A DNA stretch of 64,000 nt from an uncultured Acidimicrobiaceae bacterium (GTDB lineage Bacteria > Actinomycetota > Acidimicrobiia > Acidimicrobiales > RAAP-2), in assembly GCA_963832925.1 (NCBI GenBank), contig CAWHVY010000013.1, forward strand, positions 29,797-93,796, read 5' to 3'. Positions 1 to 11,430 of this stretch are shown piece by piece. The notes below the pieces were generated by a model. It saw only the letters and a program-made list of their open reading frames with translations. It searched no databases and had not been told where the DNA came from. Position 1 is the stretch's first letter. Each line of letters starts with the position of its first letter. A program made the position numbers and the translations under genes.

Positions 1-875
<875 letters not shown>

Positions 876-1172
876 CTACTTCTTGGAGATGGTCGCCAGC
901 ACGTCGCGGCCGGTCAGGATCAACAGGTCCTCACCGTCGATGGTGATCTCGGTGCCGCCGTACTTCGAGTAGACGACCGTGTCGCCGACCTTGACGCCCG
1001 AGGGGATGACTTCGCCGGTGGTGTCACTGCGACGACCGGGACCGGCAGCCAAGACTTCGCCCTGCTGCGGCTTTTCCTTCGCGGTGTCGGGAATGACCAG
1101 GCCTGAGGCCGTGGTGGCTTCGGCGACGTCCGGACGAACCACGATGCGGTCTTCCAATGGGTGCAACTTCAT
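876..1172 (-). CDS. groES: Co-chaperonin GroES
   Basis: [12 protein letters not shown]...[20 protein letters not shown]...[15 protein letters not shown]; AGGAGG SD upstream of the ATG at 1172. Confidence 0.98.
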   Translation of the reverse strand: MKLHPLEDRIVVRPDVAEATTASGLVIPDTAKEKPQQGEVLAAGPGRRSDTTGEVIPSGVKVGDTVVYSKYGGTEITIDGEDLLILTGRDVLATISKK

Positions 1173-1192
1173 ATTTCCTGCCTCCTGTGCTT

Positions 1193-1219
1193 TTGGCACT
1201 CGAATCTTCCGACTGCCAA
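1193..1219. promoter_or_regulatory. CIRCE element 1 (HrcA operator)
   Basis: TTGGCACTC-N9-GACTGCCAA versus consensus TTAGCACTC-N9-GAGTGCTAA, directly upstream of groES. Confidence 0.9.
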
Positions 1220-1220
1220 T

Positions 1221-1247
1221 TTAGCAGCCTACGGGTGTGACTGCCAA
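1221..1247. promoter_or_regulatory. CIRCE element 2 (HrcA operator)
   Basis: TTAGCAGCC-N9-GACTGCCAA, tandem to element 1. Confidence 0.8.
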
Positions 1248-1278
1248 CAGAGATCGTGGGCTTCGGTAGCCTGACCCG

Positions 1279-2507
1279 GTGACCTTCTCACCCGTGCAAA
1301 AACGAGACCTCACGTTGGTCGCAATTCTTCGCGGCCTGTCATTCCTCGGCGACGAGATCGCGTTGATCGCCCTCTATCTTCGTCTCTCGCACGGTCCCCA
1401 CGCCAGTTGGTCGATCGCGGCGATCTCGATCGCGGCGACGTTGCCGCTGGTGCTGCTCTCGCCGATCTCGGGCTTCATCATCGACCACACCCCGGTGAAG
1501 CGCCTGTTGGTGATTCTTTGTCTTTTCGAGGCGATCGTCTGCGTGGGGATCGGCTACTGGCACGGGCGCGTCGCCACCATTGGCGTTGATCGCGCTGCTG
1601 GGTTGTTTCGTCGCCTTTTCCCTCCCCGGGTACTCCGCGCTCGTGCCGAAGATCGCCGGCGAAGAACATCTGGCGAGCGCGAACTCCACGATGCAGTCGG
1701 TCCAGGGGATCGCCGTCGTGGTCGGCCCCGGCCTCGGGGGCGTGCTCGTGGGACTCCTCGGCCAGAGTTGGCCGCTGTACTTCGACGCCATGAGTTTCGC
1801 CCTCGCGGCCCTCGGCACCGTGTTGCTCGTCACCGACCGACGACCGGACCCCGGTGTCGAGCGTCCGAAGAAGGGCGAGCGCGACCTGGGGGCGGGGATG
1901 CGGATCCTCTTCGGGGACGGGGTACTGCGCCCTCTCGTGATCACGTTTGTTGTCTTTTTGTTGGCACTCGTCATGATCAACGTCGCGGAGGTCTTTTTCA
2001 TCACCAAGACCCTCCACTCCTCGGCCGCGATCTACGGACTGGTCGGGACCAGCTTCGGGGTGGGCAACATCATCGGCGCCGTCGGATCGCGCAAGGTCAA
2101 ACAGCACGACGTCTCACTGGCGAAGGCCTCACTCGTCAGCGCGCTGGTCATCAGCGTCCTCACCGGACTGATCGGACTGGTCGAGCACGTCGGCTACCTC
2201 TTCCCGATCCTCGCGGTCCTCGGCGTCGCGGTCGGACTGTTGAACGTGACCATCACGACGCTCATGACGACGCGAACGCCCGAGGCGCAGCGCGGGCGGA
2301 TGTTCGCCTCGAGCAGTGCGGTCTTCACGAGCGCGCAGATCATCGGGACCGTCTTCGGTGGACTCATCCTCACGCTCGTCGCGCCGCGCACCGTCTTTCA
2401 GATTGCCGGCATCGTGACGACGGTCTTCGCGGTTGGTCCTCGGTCCCTTCGCACTTCGCGCGACGCGCTCAGCGGTGAAGACAGAAATGGAAACTCAAGG
2501 CGCCTGA
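1279..2507 (+). CDS. MFS transporter (H+ antiporter / macrolide-efflux-like), two apparent frameshifts near 1582 and 2435
   Basis: ORF 1279 gives N-terminal TM helices (SFLGDEIALIALYL...GFIIDHTPVKRLL). ORF 1580 continues (LVPKIAGEEHLASANS...RTPEAQRGRMFA). Removing one G at each site gives one ~12-TM protein ending at TGA 2505-2507. Confidence 0.8.
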
Positions 2508-3105
2508 CGCTCGAGCGTCCAACCGTCCGTCGTCGCGTGGTAGACGATGCGGTCGTGCAGTCGGTCCTCGCGGTGTTGCCAGAACTCGAATCGATTCGGC
2601 GTGAGTCGGTAGCCACCCCAGTTGTCCGGTCGCGGCACGTCGCGTCCAGAGAACTCGCGCCTCGACCTCGCGCACTCGTTGCTTCGAGTTCCTCGCGACT
2701 CGCGATGACGCTGCTCTGCGCGCTCGCGTGCGCGCCGAGTTGACTGCCGCGCGCACGAGTGGCGAAGTACGCGTCGGACTCAGCCGCCGTCATCTTCTCG
2801 ACGGCGCCTTCCATGCGAACCTGTCGACCGCGAGGTTCGCAGTACCAGAGGATCGCGGCGTTGGGATTCGCTTCGAGCTCGCGACCTTTTCGCGAGTCGT
2901 AGTTCGTGTACCAACCGACCGAGTGATCGTCGATGTGTCGCATCAGCACCATGCGCGTGCTCGGCCGGCCGTCGGGCGTCGAGGTCGCGATCGAGATGGC
3001 GTCGCGCTCGAGCATCTCGCCCTTCGCTTCGTCGAACCATCGATGGAACTGCACGAAGGGATTCGGGTCGCAGTCGGACAACTCCAAGCGGGATCCACAT
3101 CTCAC
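2495..3105 (-). CDS. pdxH: Pyridoxamine 5'-phosphate oxidase, apparent indels near 2655-2685
   Basis: DPNPFVQFHRWF, GRPSTRMVL, YTNYDSRKG, YFATRARGSQLGA; the C-terminus RPDNWGGY...EFWQHREDRLHDR is recovered in another frame. Confidence 0.9.
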
Positions 3106-4118
3106 TCACGACACGTCCGCCAACTGCCAGTTCGGACTCGCCGAGAGATCCCACGCACTCGCGCCGTCGTGACGGAGTCGGTACGTGCCCGCGGCCGCGA
3201 TCATCGCCGCGTTGTCGGTGCACATCGCCATCGTCGGCAGGTGCGCTTCGATGCCGAACTCTTTGGCGAGGTCACGTCACGCCGGCGCGCAGTGCGGAGT
3301 TCGCGGCGACACCGCCGGCGAGCGCGAGTCCCTTCACCGGATTGTGCTCGAGCGCACTGCGGAGTTTGCGCAGTAGCTGCTCGGCGACCGCGGCCTGAAA
3401 CGAGGCCGCGACGTCGGCGACCGGAAGGTCGTGTTGCTTCTCGGTCGCGCGAACGACGGCGGTCTTGAGTCCCGAGAAGGAGAGGTCGTAGTCATCACCG
3501 GTCATCGACTGCGGGAGCTTGAGCGAACCGGCGACGCCCGACTGTGCCAAGTGGTCGATCTCGGGTCCGCCGGGATAACCGAGTCCGAGCCAGCGCGCCA
3601 CCTTGTCGTACGCCTCGCCCGCCGCGTCGTCGATGGTCTCGCCGAGCACGACGTGTTGTCCCGGTCCGGCCTGCAGGACGATCAAACTGTGGCCACCCGA
3701 GACGAGCAACGTCATGAGCGGCCACTCCAGATCGGCGTTCTCGAGGAGTGGCGCGAAGAGGTGGCCTTCCAAGTGATTGACCCCGACGAAGGGCACGCCC
3801 CAGGCGAGGGCATAGGCCTTGGCGGCGGAAAGTCCGACGAGCAGTGAGCCGATGAGTCCCGGGTCCGCTCGTGACGGCGATCCCCGCGATCGCCGGATCG
3901 TGGGGGTCGAGTCCGGCGTCGAGCAACGCTCGTCGGACGACCGGACCGATCGTGGCGACGTGGGCTCGACCGGCTAATTCCGGCACGACGCCCCCGAAGG
4001 CCCGATGTTGGTCGATCGAGGACTCGATCACCGACGAATGGACGTGAAACTCCTGGTCAACGATGGAGGCGGCCGTTTCGTCACAGCTCGTCTCGATGCC
4101 GAGGACCAGATCACTCAT
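3106..4118 (-). CDS. tsaD: tRNA t6A threonylcarbamoyltransferase TsaD, apparent frameshifts near 3865 and 3275
   Basis: VLGIETSCDETAA, GGVVPELAGRAH, VNHLEGHL, LLVSGGHS, GEAYDKVAR, GYPGGP, SFSGLKT, GGVAAN, CTDNAAMIA, spread over three frames. Confidence 0.93.
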
Positions 4119-4603
4119 GATTCCAGCGTAGGAGGTGGTTCTGAGGGGTCGCCCTTGAGGTCGGCCCAGAGGATGAGCGCGTCCTCGTGGCTCTTCTCGT
4201 AGTAGTTCTTCCGGATCCCCACCGGACGAAAACCATACCGATAGTACAGATCGATGGCCCGCTGGTTGGAGACCGCGACCTCTAAGGTGGCCCGTTTCAG
4301 GCCGCGTTCATGGGCGTCGGCCCAGGCGTCGTCCAGCAATGAGGTCGCGATGCCCCGACCTTCTTCTTGGGGCAGGGTGCCGATGGTATTGACGTGGAGT
4401 TCCTCGAGGACGAACATGACCCCTAAATACCCGACGATTCGGCGCTTTTCGACCGCGACGGTGTAGCGGCGGGTCTCGGTGTTCTCGATCTCATCGAGCA
4501 GGATCCGCTTGGTCCACGGTTCGGGGAACTGCGCCTCCTCGATCACCAGTAGTTCGTTGATATCTCGGCGCTCGGCGAGTCGGATCTTCCAGGAATTCTT
4601 CAT
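4115..4603 (-). CDS. rimI: Ribosomal-protein-alanine N-acetyltransferase RimI
   Basis: GNAT motifs (EGRGIATSLL, LEVAVSNQRAIDLYYRYGF, RKNYY...EDALIL) and position between tsaB and tsaD. Confidence 0.9.
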   Translation of the reverse strand: MKNSWKIRLAERRDINELLVIEEAQFPEPWTKRILLDEIENTETRRYTVAVEKRRIVGYLGVMFVLEELHVNTIGTLPQEEGRGIATSLLDDAWADAHERGLKRATLEVAVSNQRAIDLYYRYGFRPVGIRKNYYEKSHEDALILWADLKGDPSEPPPTLES

Positions 4604-5296
4604 TGGGGACGCTCGCGAGTCGTGAAATTCGCCACGGCGTCAGCGTCACGTCAGCTTCTCGAAGGTAGAGCGGCGTCACGAACTCTTCGGGAGATCGGCC
4701 GAGACCGAGCGCGATGCCCGCCCGGACCGAGGGCACCGACTGATCGAAGATCGTGAAGCAGCGGGTCGCCGGCGAACGCACTCGCGATAGCGCTCGACAC
4801 CGTCGCCCGTGAAGGTCGTCGCACCTCCCCTTCGCCCGCCAGGCAGAAGTCTCGTCATTCGCCGTCGTCACCCGGGCGTCGTCCAACGCCCGGACTCCGT
4901 CGTCAAGGAGGAATGCCCTGGGCGAAGATCTCGCCTCGTCGCCCATCGACGCAGGCGACGACCGTGCCGCGCACGCCCACCTCGAACGCGCCGCCGGCGA
5001 GCATCTCCAGCGAGGTGACGCCGACGAGGTCACAACCCAACGCCTGGGAGAACGCGATCGCCGTCGCGATCCCGACCCGAAGACCCGTGAAGAGTCCCGG
5101 GCCCCGGTCGACCACGACGCGATCGACGTCGCGGGGTTTGAGCTGAATCTCCTCGAGCAACTGGTCGCAGTGCTCCCGTCAGTGCTTCGGTATGGCGGCG
5201 TCCGTCGTCGACGACGCGCGTGAACTCGACACCGGCACTGGTGCGAACGCCGATGGCGCACGCGGGCGTGGCGGTCTCGATGGCGACGATATTCAC
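4600..5296 (-). CDS. tsaB: tRNA t6A modification protein TsaB, several apparent indels
   Basis: MNIVAIETAT..., RRHTEAL, VVVDRGPGLFTGLRVGIATA, VTSLEMLA, VDGRRGEIF, PLYLREAD in successive frames; lies between tsaE and rimI. Confidence 0.88.
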
Positions 5297-5769
5297 GACG
5301 CCCACCCATCCAGCCCTTCGGCACGGTCCTTCGTCAGGTCACCGGAAACGGTGAGGAGGCGCGCCTCGTCATCGAGCACGCTGAACTCGATAGTCATGAC
5401 GTCGCGACCGAAGACCGAGGCTGCGAGTTCGCCCCACTCGACCAGCGCGACCGCCGAGTCCTCCACCAGTTCGCCCAGCGCCAGGTCCAGGACTTCGTCG
5501 AGCGACTCGACCCGGTAGACGTCGCTGTGATGCAGCGTCGTGATTCCGCGATCGTTCAGGGCTGCGTGCTGGCGGACCATCGTGAAGGTCGGGCTCGTGA
5601 CGCGCTCGACAACCCCGAGACCCTTGGCGACTCCCTTGACGAACGTGGTCTTGCCGGCACCAAGTGTGCCGGAGAGCAAGACGATGTCGCCGCTCTCGAG
5701 GACCGCGGCGAACGCCTCGCCGGCCGCGACCGTGTCCTCAGCCGTCGCGCCGCGTCGTTGCCAACTCAC
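5293..5769 (-). CDS. tsaE: tRNA t6A ATPase TsaE
   Basis: LSGTLGAGKTTFVKG, VTSPTFTMV, HSDVYRV, LVEWGE; GTG start overlaps the udg stop (GTGA). Confidence 0.95.
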   Translation of the reverse strand: MSWQRRGATAEDTVAAGEAFAAVLESGDIVLLSGTLGAGKTTFVKGVAKGLGVVERVTSPTFTMVRQHAALNDRGITTLHHSDVYRVESLDEVLDLALGELVEDSAVALVEWGELAASVFGRDVMTIEFSVLDDEARLLTVSGDLTKDRAEGLDGWAS

Positions 5770-6314
5770 GCTGCCGCCACCAACGTCTTGAGAATTCGCA
5801 GGTCCGCGCGCATGACGTCGACCACGCTCGGCCCGCCACGCAGTGCGGCGGCTGGATGGTAGGTCGCCATGCCCTGTCCGCCGCCGAGTTTCACGACCCG
5901 GCCGTGCGTCAGGCCGATGCCCTGTTCGAAACCGAAGACCGACTTCGCCGCCGTGTTGCCGAGCGCCAAGACGAGTGGTGAACGAACGACGAGGAACTGT
6001 TCGCTGAGCCAGGGCCGGCACGTCGCGAGTTCGTCGCGCGTCGGCGTTCGATTCGCCGGCGGACGGCACTTCACGACGTTGGTGACGAAACACTGCGCGC
6101 GCGCCAGACCGACCTCTTCTTGGATGAGTTGGAAGAGAAGCCGACCGCTTCGCCCGATGAACGGCTCGCCGCCCTCGTCCTCGTCGCGACCGGGCGCCTC
6201 ACCGATCACCATCAATGCAGGCGCCAGAGGTCCAGAGCCGACGACGACTCGCTGGCGAGTTTGGGAGAGCGCGCAGCGCGTGCAGGTCGGAAGCTCGGCT
6301 AAGTCGCGACTCAT
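5766..6314 (-). CDS. Uracil-DNA glycosylase, family 4 (Fe-S)
   Basis: CTRCAL, IGEAPGRDED...PFIGRSG, TNVVKCRPPANRTP, TYHPAAALR. Confidence 0.92.
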   Translation of the reverse strand: MSRDLAELPTCTRCALSQTRQRVVVGSGPLAPALMVIGEAPGRDEDEGGEPFIGRSGRLLFQLIQEEVGLARAQCFVTNVVKCRPPANRTPTRDELATCRPWLSEQFLVVRSPLVLALGNTAAKSVFGFEQGIGLTHGRVVKLGGGQGMATYHPAAALRGGPSVVDVMRADLRILKTLVAAA

Positions 6315-6315
6315 C

Positions 6316-7467
6316 TCAGTCAACGAGAATACGAGGCACGCGTGCCCCAATACCGCAAAGTATCTCCCAGGAGATGGTGCCCGCCCGCTCGGCCCACTCG
6401 TCGGCCGTGATCTCCTCGTCGCCCTGACGACCTAAGAGGACGACCTCGTCACCGGGCTGGACCGCGTCATCGCCGCAGTCGATCACCAACATGTCCATGG
6501 TGACGACGCCGGCAAGCGGGTAGCGCTTCTCGTTGATGAGGACCTCGGCGCCTTCGTCGAAGAGCCGACGGGGATAACCGTCGGCGTAGCCGAAGGGGAC
6601 GGTCGCAACGGTGGCAGCACTGCTGAGCGCACGGCGACGCTTGTAACTCGGTCGCTCCCCCGCGTCGGCGCGGCGAACGGCTACGACCTTGGCGCGCAGC
6701 GTCATCGCCGGCATCAACCGCTCTGCGGACTCTTCGAGGGCCGAGGCGAGCCACGCCTCGGGCAGGTATCCGTACAGCGAGAGCCCGACACGTACCATGT
6801 GGTGTCGAGCTTCCGGATAGCCCAGGGCACCGGCGCTGTTTGCCGCGTGGACGATCCGGGGCTCGACGCCGCGTTGCGCCAGCGAGTCCACGAGGTCGTC
6901 GAACTGAGCGATCTGTTCTCGCGTGAAGGCTCGGTCCTCAGCACTCGAGCCGTCGGCCACGCTGAAGTGTGTGTAGATACCTTCGAGCTCGATGGCTCTA
7001 CTTGCGGTGAGAACGTCGACGACGCCATCCAGATCTTCCGGCGCGACACCCATGCGATGCATGCCGGTATCGACCTTCACGTGGACGCGGTGTCGACCAC
7101 CGAGTGACTCGGCGACGGCGACGGCGGCCTTCGCACCCTCGAGTGAGCCAATCGTCAGGGTGAGTGAACTCTCCAACGCCGCGGCGAGCGTTTCGGCCGG
7201 CACTTCGGCCAGCAGCAGGATCGGCGCCGTGATGCCGCTCTGTCGTAACTCGATTCCTTCGTCGATGATCGCGACCGCGAGCATGTCCGCGCCACCGATG
7301 AGGGCCGACTTCGCCGCGAGTTCGGCGCCGTGACCATAGCCATTGGCCTTGACGACGGCGCAGAACAGCGTGTCGCCAATGACCGACTTGATAGCGCGCA
7401 CGTTGTGCGCGATGGCCGACGCCGAGATCTCAGCGTGCGCCGGGCGATGAACTCCCTCAACTTGCAC
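6316..7467 (-). CDS. alr: Alanine racemase
   Basis: PLP lysine motif AVVKANGYGHG, HVKVDTGMHRMG, YTHFS, HAANSAG, GYADGY. Confidence 0.97.
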   Translation of the reverse strand: MQVEGVHRPAHAEISASAIAHNVRAIKSVIGDTLFCAVVKANGYGHGAELAAKSALIGGADMLAVAIIDEGIELRQSGITAPILLLAEVPAETLAAALESSLTLTIGSLEGAKAAVAVAESLGGRHRVHVKVDTGMHRMGVAPEDLDGVVDVLTASRAIELEGIYTHFSVADGSSAEDRAFTREQIAQFDDLVDSLAQRGVEPRIVHAANSAGALGYPEARHHMVRVGLSLYGYLPEAWLASALEESAERLMPAMTLRAKVVAVRRADAGERPSYKRRRALSSAATVATVPFGYADGYPRRLFDEGAEVLINEKRYPLAGVVTMDMLVIDCGDDAVQPGDEVVLLGRQGDEEITADEWAERAGTISWEILCGIGARVPRILVD

Positions 7468-7840
7468 GTGGCTCTTTCGAGCTCGCGACGACGAAGGCGG
7501 CCGCGGTCATCGCGGTGTGCGTCAGCGAGATATGGAACTCGTCGGCACCGCGCGACTTCGCCAGCTCGGCCGCGGCGCCGTGCAGCAGGACCGACGGCGC
7601 ACCACTCGGCGCGCGCTTGACTTCGATCGACTTCCACGGCACGGATCCGGCACCGACACTCAGTGACTTCATGACGGCTTCTTTCGCGGCGAAGCGCGCC
7701 GCGAGTCGCTCGGCCTTGCCGCGGGCGTCGCGTTGTTCGCCTTCGGTGAAGAGTCGATCGACGATTCGCGGTCGACGTCCTAGGACGATCTCGAAACGCG
7801 GGACGTCGACGACGTCAATGCCGACGCCGACCGTCGCCAC
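7457..7840 (-). CDS. acpS: Holo-[acyl-carrier-protein] synthase
   Basis: GVGIDVVDVPRF, LAARFAAKEAVMKSL, ISLTHT. Confidence 0.95.
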   Translation of the reverse strand: MATVGVGIDVVDVPRFEIVLGRRPRIVDRLFTEGEQRDARGKAERLAARFAAKEAVMKSLSVGAGSVPWKSIEVKRAPSGAPSVLLHGAAAELAKSRGADEFHISLTHTAMTAAAFVVASSKEPRAS

Positions 7841-9681
7841 TACTCAACCGTCACGGTCTTCGCCAAGTTGCGCGGTCGATCGACGTTGCGACCGAGTCCG
7901 CGCGCCACGGCGTAGGCGAACATCTGCAGCGAGATGACGTCGACCATCGGCGTGAACATCGGCTCGGTCGCCGGCACGCGCAAGACGAAGTCGGCGACCG
8001 ATTCGATCAACTCGTCGTCGTCGGTCGCCACGGCGACCACGCTGGCGCCGCGGGCCTTCACCTCAGAAAGATTCGACAGCATCTTCTCCTGCATGGCCGG
8101 ATCGGTCGCGATGGCGACCACCACGACGCCGGGCTCGATCAACGCCAGCGGCCCGTGCTTGAGTTCACCGCCGGGATAGCCCTCGGCGTGCAGGTACGTC
8201 AGTTCCTTGAGTTTCAAGGCGCCCTCGAGTGCCGTCGGGAACCCGACGTGGCGGCCGATGAAGAAGAAGTCGTGCGATCCCATGAGTTCCTTGGCGACGA
8301 CTTCGACGCTCTCGCGACGATCGAGCACGGTCTGCACCTGGGCGCTGACCGCGTTGAGGCCTTGGAAGAGTCCGTCGATCTCCGAGGCGGGCAACGTGCC
8401 ACGAATCTGCGCGAGTCGCAACGCCAGGAGCTCCAGCGCCGCGACCTGGGCGACGAAGGCCTTGGTCGACGCGACCGAGACTTCCAGTCCCGCGCGCGTG
8501 TAGATGACCGCGTCGGCCTCGCGCGCCATCGAGGAGTCGACGATGTTCGAGATGGCAACCACATGGGCGCCACGCTTTTGCGCCTCGCGCGTGGCCTGGA
8601 TGGTGTCGATCGTCTCGCCGCTCTGTGAGACGCCGATCACCAACGTGCCGATCTCGACGATGGGATCGCGGTAGCGGTACTCACTCGCGATGTCGACGTC
8701 GACGCCGAGGCGCGCCCACTTCTCGATCGCGTACTTGGCGATCAGCGCCGAGTGATACGACGTGCCCGCCGCGACCAAACAGACGCGCTTCACTTCTCGC
8801 AGTTCGTCGTCGCTGATGCGCATCTCGTCGAACGTGATCGTGCCGTCCTTGCGGCGACGACTCAGGAGCGTCGAGCGGATCGCGCCCGGTTGCTCGTTGA
8901 TCTCCTTGGACATGAAGTCGTCGTGGCCACCTTTTTGGGCGGTCTCAAGATCCCAGTCGATCGACAATTGGCGAAGTCGAACCGGCGCGCCTTCGAGGTC
9001 GATGGCACGGAAGCCCTCGGGACCGAGACGCACGATCTCGTCGTCGTTCACGGCGTAGAACGCCGACGCCTTGTCGAGGATCGCTGGCACGTCACTCGCG
9101 AGATACGTCTCGCCGGGTGCGGTGCCGACGACGAGCGGTGAGATACGGCGCGCGGCGACGATGACGTTCGGTTCGGTCGCGTCCATCGCGGCGAGCGCGA
9201 AGGCACCGCGCACGACCAGCAGTCCCTGGCGGACGGCCTCCATCAACTCCAGGCCCTGGGCGCGGAACTCTTCGATGAGGTGCGCGAGTACTTCAGAGTC
9301 GGTGACCGACGTGAACACGTGTCCGCGCGACTCGAGGTCCTCGCGCAGCTCCGTGTGATTCTCGATGATGCCGTTGTGGATGATCGCGATGTTGCCCGAG
9401 CAGTCGAGGTGCGGGTGCGCGTTGATCGCCTCGGGCGCGCCGTGCGTCGCCCAGCGGGTGTGACCGATGCCGGAGGTGAAGCCCTTCGGCGCCGAGAGGC
9501 ACTCTTCTTTGAGGGCGGCGACCGATTCAGTGCCCGAGGCCGTGCGGGCGCGCCAGGTTTCGCCGGCTCGCACGAGGGCGATGCCGGCTGAGTCGTAGCC
9601 GCGATACTCCAGACGCGTGAGTCCCTCGAGGAGTGTCGCCAGCGTGTCGTCGGATCCAACGACCCCGATAATGCCGCACAT
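7840..9681 (-). CDS. glmS: Glutamine-fructose-6-phosphate aminotransferase
   Basis: N-terminal MCGIIG, LEYRGYDSAG, GHTRWATHG, SQSGETIDT, PRNLAKTVTVE. Confidence 0.98.
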   Translation of the reverse strand: MCGIIGVVGSDDTLATLLEGLTRLEYRGYDSAGIALVRAGETWRARTASGTESVAALKEECLSAPKGFTSGIGHTRWATHGAPEAINAHPHLDCSGNIAIIHNGIIENHTELREDLESRGHVFTSVTDSEVLAHLIEEFRAQGLELMEAVRQGLLVVRGAFALAAMDATEPNVIVAARRISPLVVGTAPGETYLASDVPAILDKASAFYAVNDDEIVRLGPEGFRAIDLEGAPVRLRQLSIDWDLETAQKGGHDDFMSKEINEQPGAIRSTLLSRRRKDGTITFDEMRISDDELREVKRVCLVAAGTSYHSALIAKYAIEKWARLGVDVDIASEYRYRDPIVEIGTLVIGVSQSGETIDTIQATREAQKRGAHVVAISNIVDSSMAREADAVIYTRAGLEVSVASTKAFVAQVAALELLALRLAQIRGTLPASEIDGLFQGLNAVSAQVQTVLDRRESVEVVAKELMGSHDFFFIGRHVGFPTALEGALKLKELTYLHAEGYPGGELKHGPLALIEPGVVVVAIATDPAMQEKMLSNLSEVKARGASVVAVATDDDELIESVADFVLRVPATEPMFTPMVDVISLQMFAYAVARGLGRNVDRPRNLAKTVTVE

Positions 9682-9726
9682 GAGAGCCATCCTACTCGGG
9701 CCATTTTTGGCCTCTCCGAGTGTTGA

Positions 9727-11022
9727 TTAGGCGACGAAGAAGTTTTGAATCTGTTGGGAGAAGTCGTTCACAAACGCCTCGTCCAGCGCTTCGATCATCA
9801 CGCGAACGACCGGTTCGGTCCCGGACGGTCGGATGAGCAATCGCACAGCATCGACGTCGATGCCGTAGCTCGTGCGGATCTCTTCGAACATCGTGGCGAC
9901 CGCGGCGTCGTCATAGGCGTCACGCGCGACGTTGATGAGTCGTTGGGGCACGCGCTGCCACACCGCGTCGGCCTGTTCGGCGAGTGGTCCACGCCGCACG
10001 ACAAGGTCGGCCAGCATGAGACCGGTGAGCTGACCATCACCGGTCGGAGCCAGAGATCGGAAGATCAGGTGACCGGACTGCTCGCCACCGAAGGGCCAAT
10101 CGCGTTCTTCGAGTTCGATGAGGACGTTGCGGTCGCCGACATCGGTCTCGACCACCTCGATGCCGGCCTCTCCCATCGACCGGTGCAGGCCAAGGTTGCT
10201 CATCGACGTGACGACGAGTCCGCCGCCGAGCGCGTTGCGTTCGAGGAAGTCGCGCGCGAAGAGGATCATCAGGTCATCCCCGTCACGAACCGCTCCACCC
10301 GCGTCAACGGCGATGAGGCGGTCGGCGTCGCCGTCAAAGGCGAGCCCAAGGTCGGCGTGGAGTTCTAACACCGTGGCCACGAGCGCGTCGATATGCGTCG
10401 AGCCACTGTCAACGTTGATGTTGCGGCCGTTTGGATCGTCGTGGATCGTCGTGATGCGCGCACCGGTCGACTCGAAGATCTCGTGGGCGACATGGCTCGC
10501 CGCGCCGTTCGCGCAGTCGAGCACGATGTGCAGCGATGAGAGGTCGGCGGGCACCAGCGAACGGAGGTGATGCGCGTAGTCGTGCTCCGCCGACTCGTCG
10601 ATCTCGAACTCCTGGAAGTCGTTGCTCACGGCAGGCGCGGCAGCGTTCAACGCTTCGGCCACGGCGAGTTCCGTCGCGTAGTCGAGTTTGCCGCCCCCGA
10701 CGCCCAACACCTTGAGCCCGTTGTCGTAGTAGGGATTGTGCGAGGCCGACACCACGACGCCGGCGCCGCCGCGTTGTTGGGCGATGACCGCGACACCGGG
10801 TGTCGTGAAGTACCCGAGGTTGACGCCGCGCGCGCCACCGTCACGAAGCCCCGCGAGGACCGCACGAGCGAGGTGTGGCGAACTCTCTCGAGTGTCATAG
10901 CCCACGAAGACGTCGGTCGTGAAGACCAAGGCAACCGCGCGTCCCAGCCGGTAGGCCAGGTCGTTGGTGATCTCGTCGGAGGCTCGTCCACGAATGCCAT
11001 CCGTGCCGAATTGCACGGGCAT
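9727..11022 (-). CDS. glmM: Phosphoglucosamine mutase
   Basis: FGTDGIRG, SASHNP, DCANGA, DGDADR, GGEQSGH, RPSGTEPVVRVM. Confidence 0.97.
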   Translation of the reverse strand: MPVQFGTDGIRGRASDEITNDLAYRLGRAVALVFTTDVFVGYDTRESSPHLARAVLAGLRDGGARGVNLGYFTTPGVAVIAQQRGGAGVVVSASHNPYYDNGLKVLGVGGGKLDYATELAVAEALNAAAPAVSNDFQEFEIDESAEHDYAHHLRSLVPADLSSLHIVLDCANGAASHVAHEIFESTGARITTIHDDPNGRNINVDSGSTHIDALVATVLELHADLGLAFDGDADRLIAVDAGGAVRDGDDLMILFARDFLERNALGGGLVVTSMSNLGLHRSMGEAGIEVVETDVGDRNVLIELEERDWPFGGEQSGHLIFRSLAPTGDGQLTGLMLADLVVRRGPLAEQADAVWQRVPQRLINVARDAYDDAAVATMFEEIRTSYGIDVDAVRLLIRPSGTEPVVRVMIEALDEAFVNDFSQQIQNFFVA

Positions 11023-11027
11023 GGCAG

Positions 11028-11420
11028 CTATCGCTTCGAGTACTGAGGAGCCTTACGCGCCTTCTTGAGACCGTACTTCTTGGTCTCTTTCTTGCGCGAG
11101 TCACGGGTGAGGAGTCCGGCCTTCTTCAGCGCCGGTCGAACGGCCTCGTCGATCTCGAGCAGTGAGCGCGAGATGCCGAGACGAAGGGCGCCAGCCTGAC
11201 CGGCCATGCCGCCGCCTTCGATGGTGGCGTCGATGTCGTAGGTCTGCTGGGCGTCGATGAGACGAAGCGGCTCCATCACCATCTGTCGGTGCGTCGCCGA
11301 GGTGAAGTAGTTGTCGAAGGCGCGGCTGTTGATCGTGATGGTGCCGGTGCCCGGGCGAAGGCGTACGCGAGCGACGGCTTCCTTGCGGCGTCCGGTCGTC
11401 TGGGTGAGAGGTGATGACAC
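11028..11420 (-). CDS. rpsI: 30S ribosomal protein S9
   Basis: [11 protein letters not shown]...[17 protein letters not shown]; GTG start after an AAGGAG SD. Confidence 0.98.
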   Translation of the reverse strand: MSSPLTQTTGRRKEAVARVRLRPGTGTITINSRAFDNYFTSATHRQMVMEPLRLIDAQQTYDIDATIEGGGMAGQAGALRLGISRSLLEIDEAVRPALKKAGLLTRDSRKKETKKYGLKKARKAPQYSKR

Positions 11421-11430
11421 GTCGTTCTCC

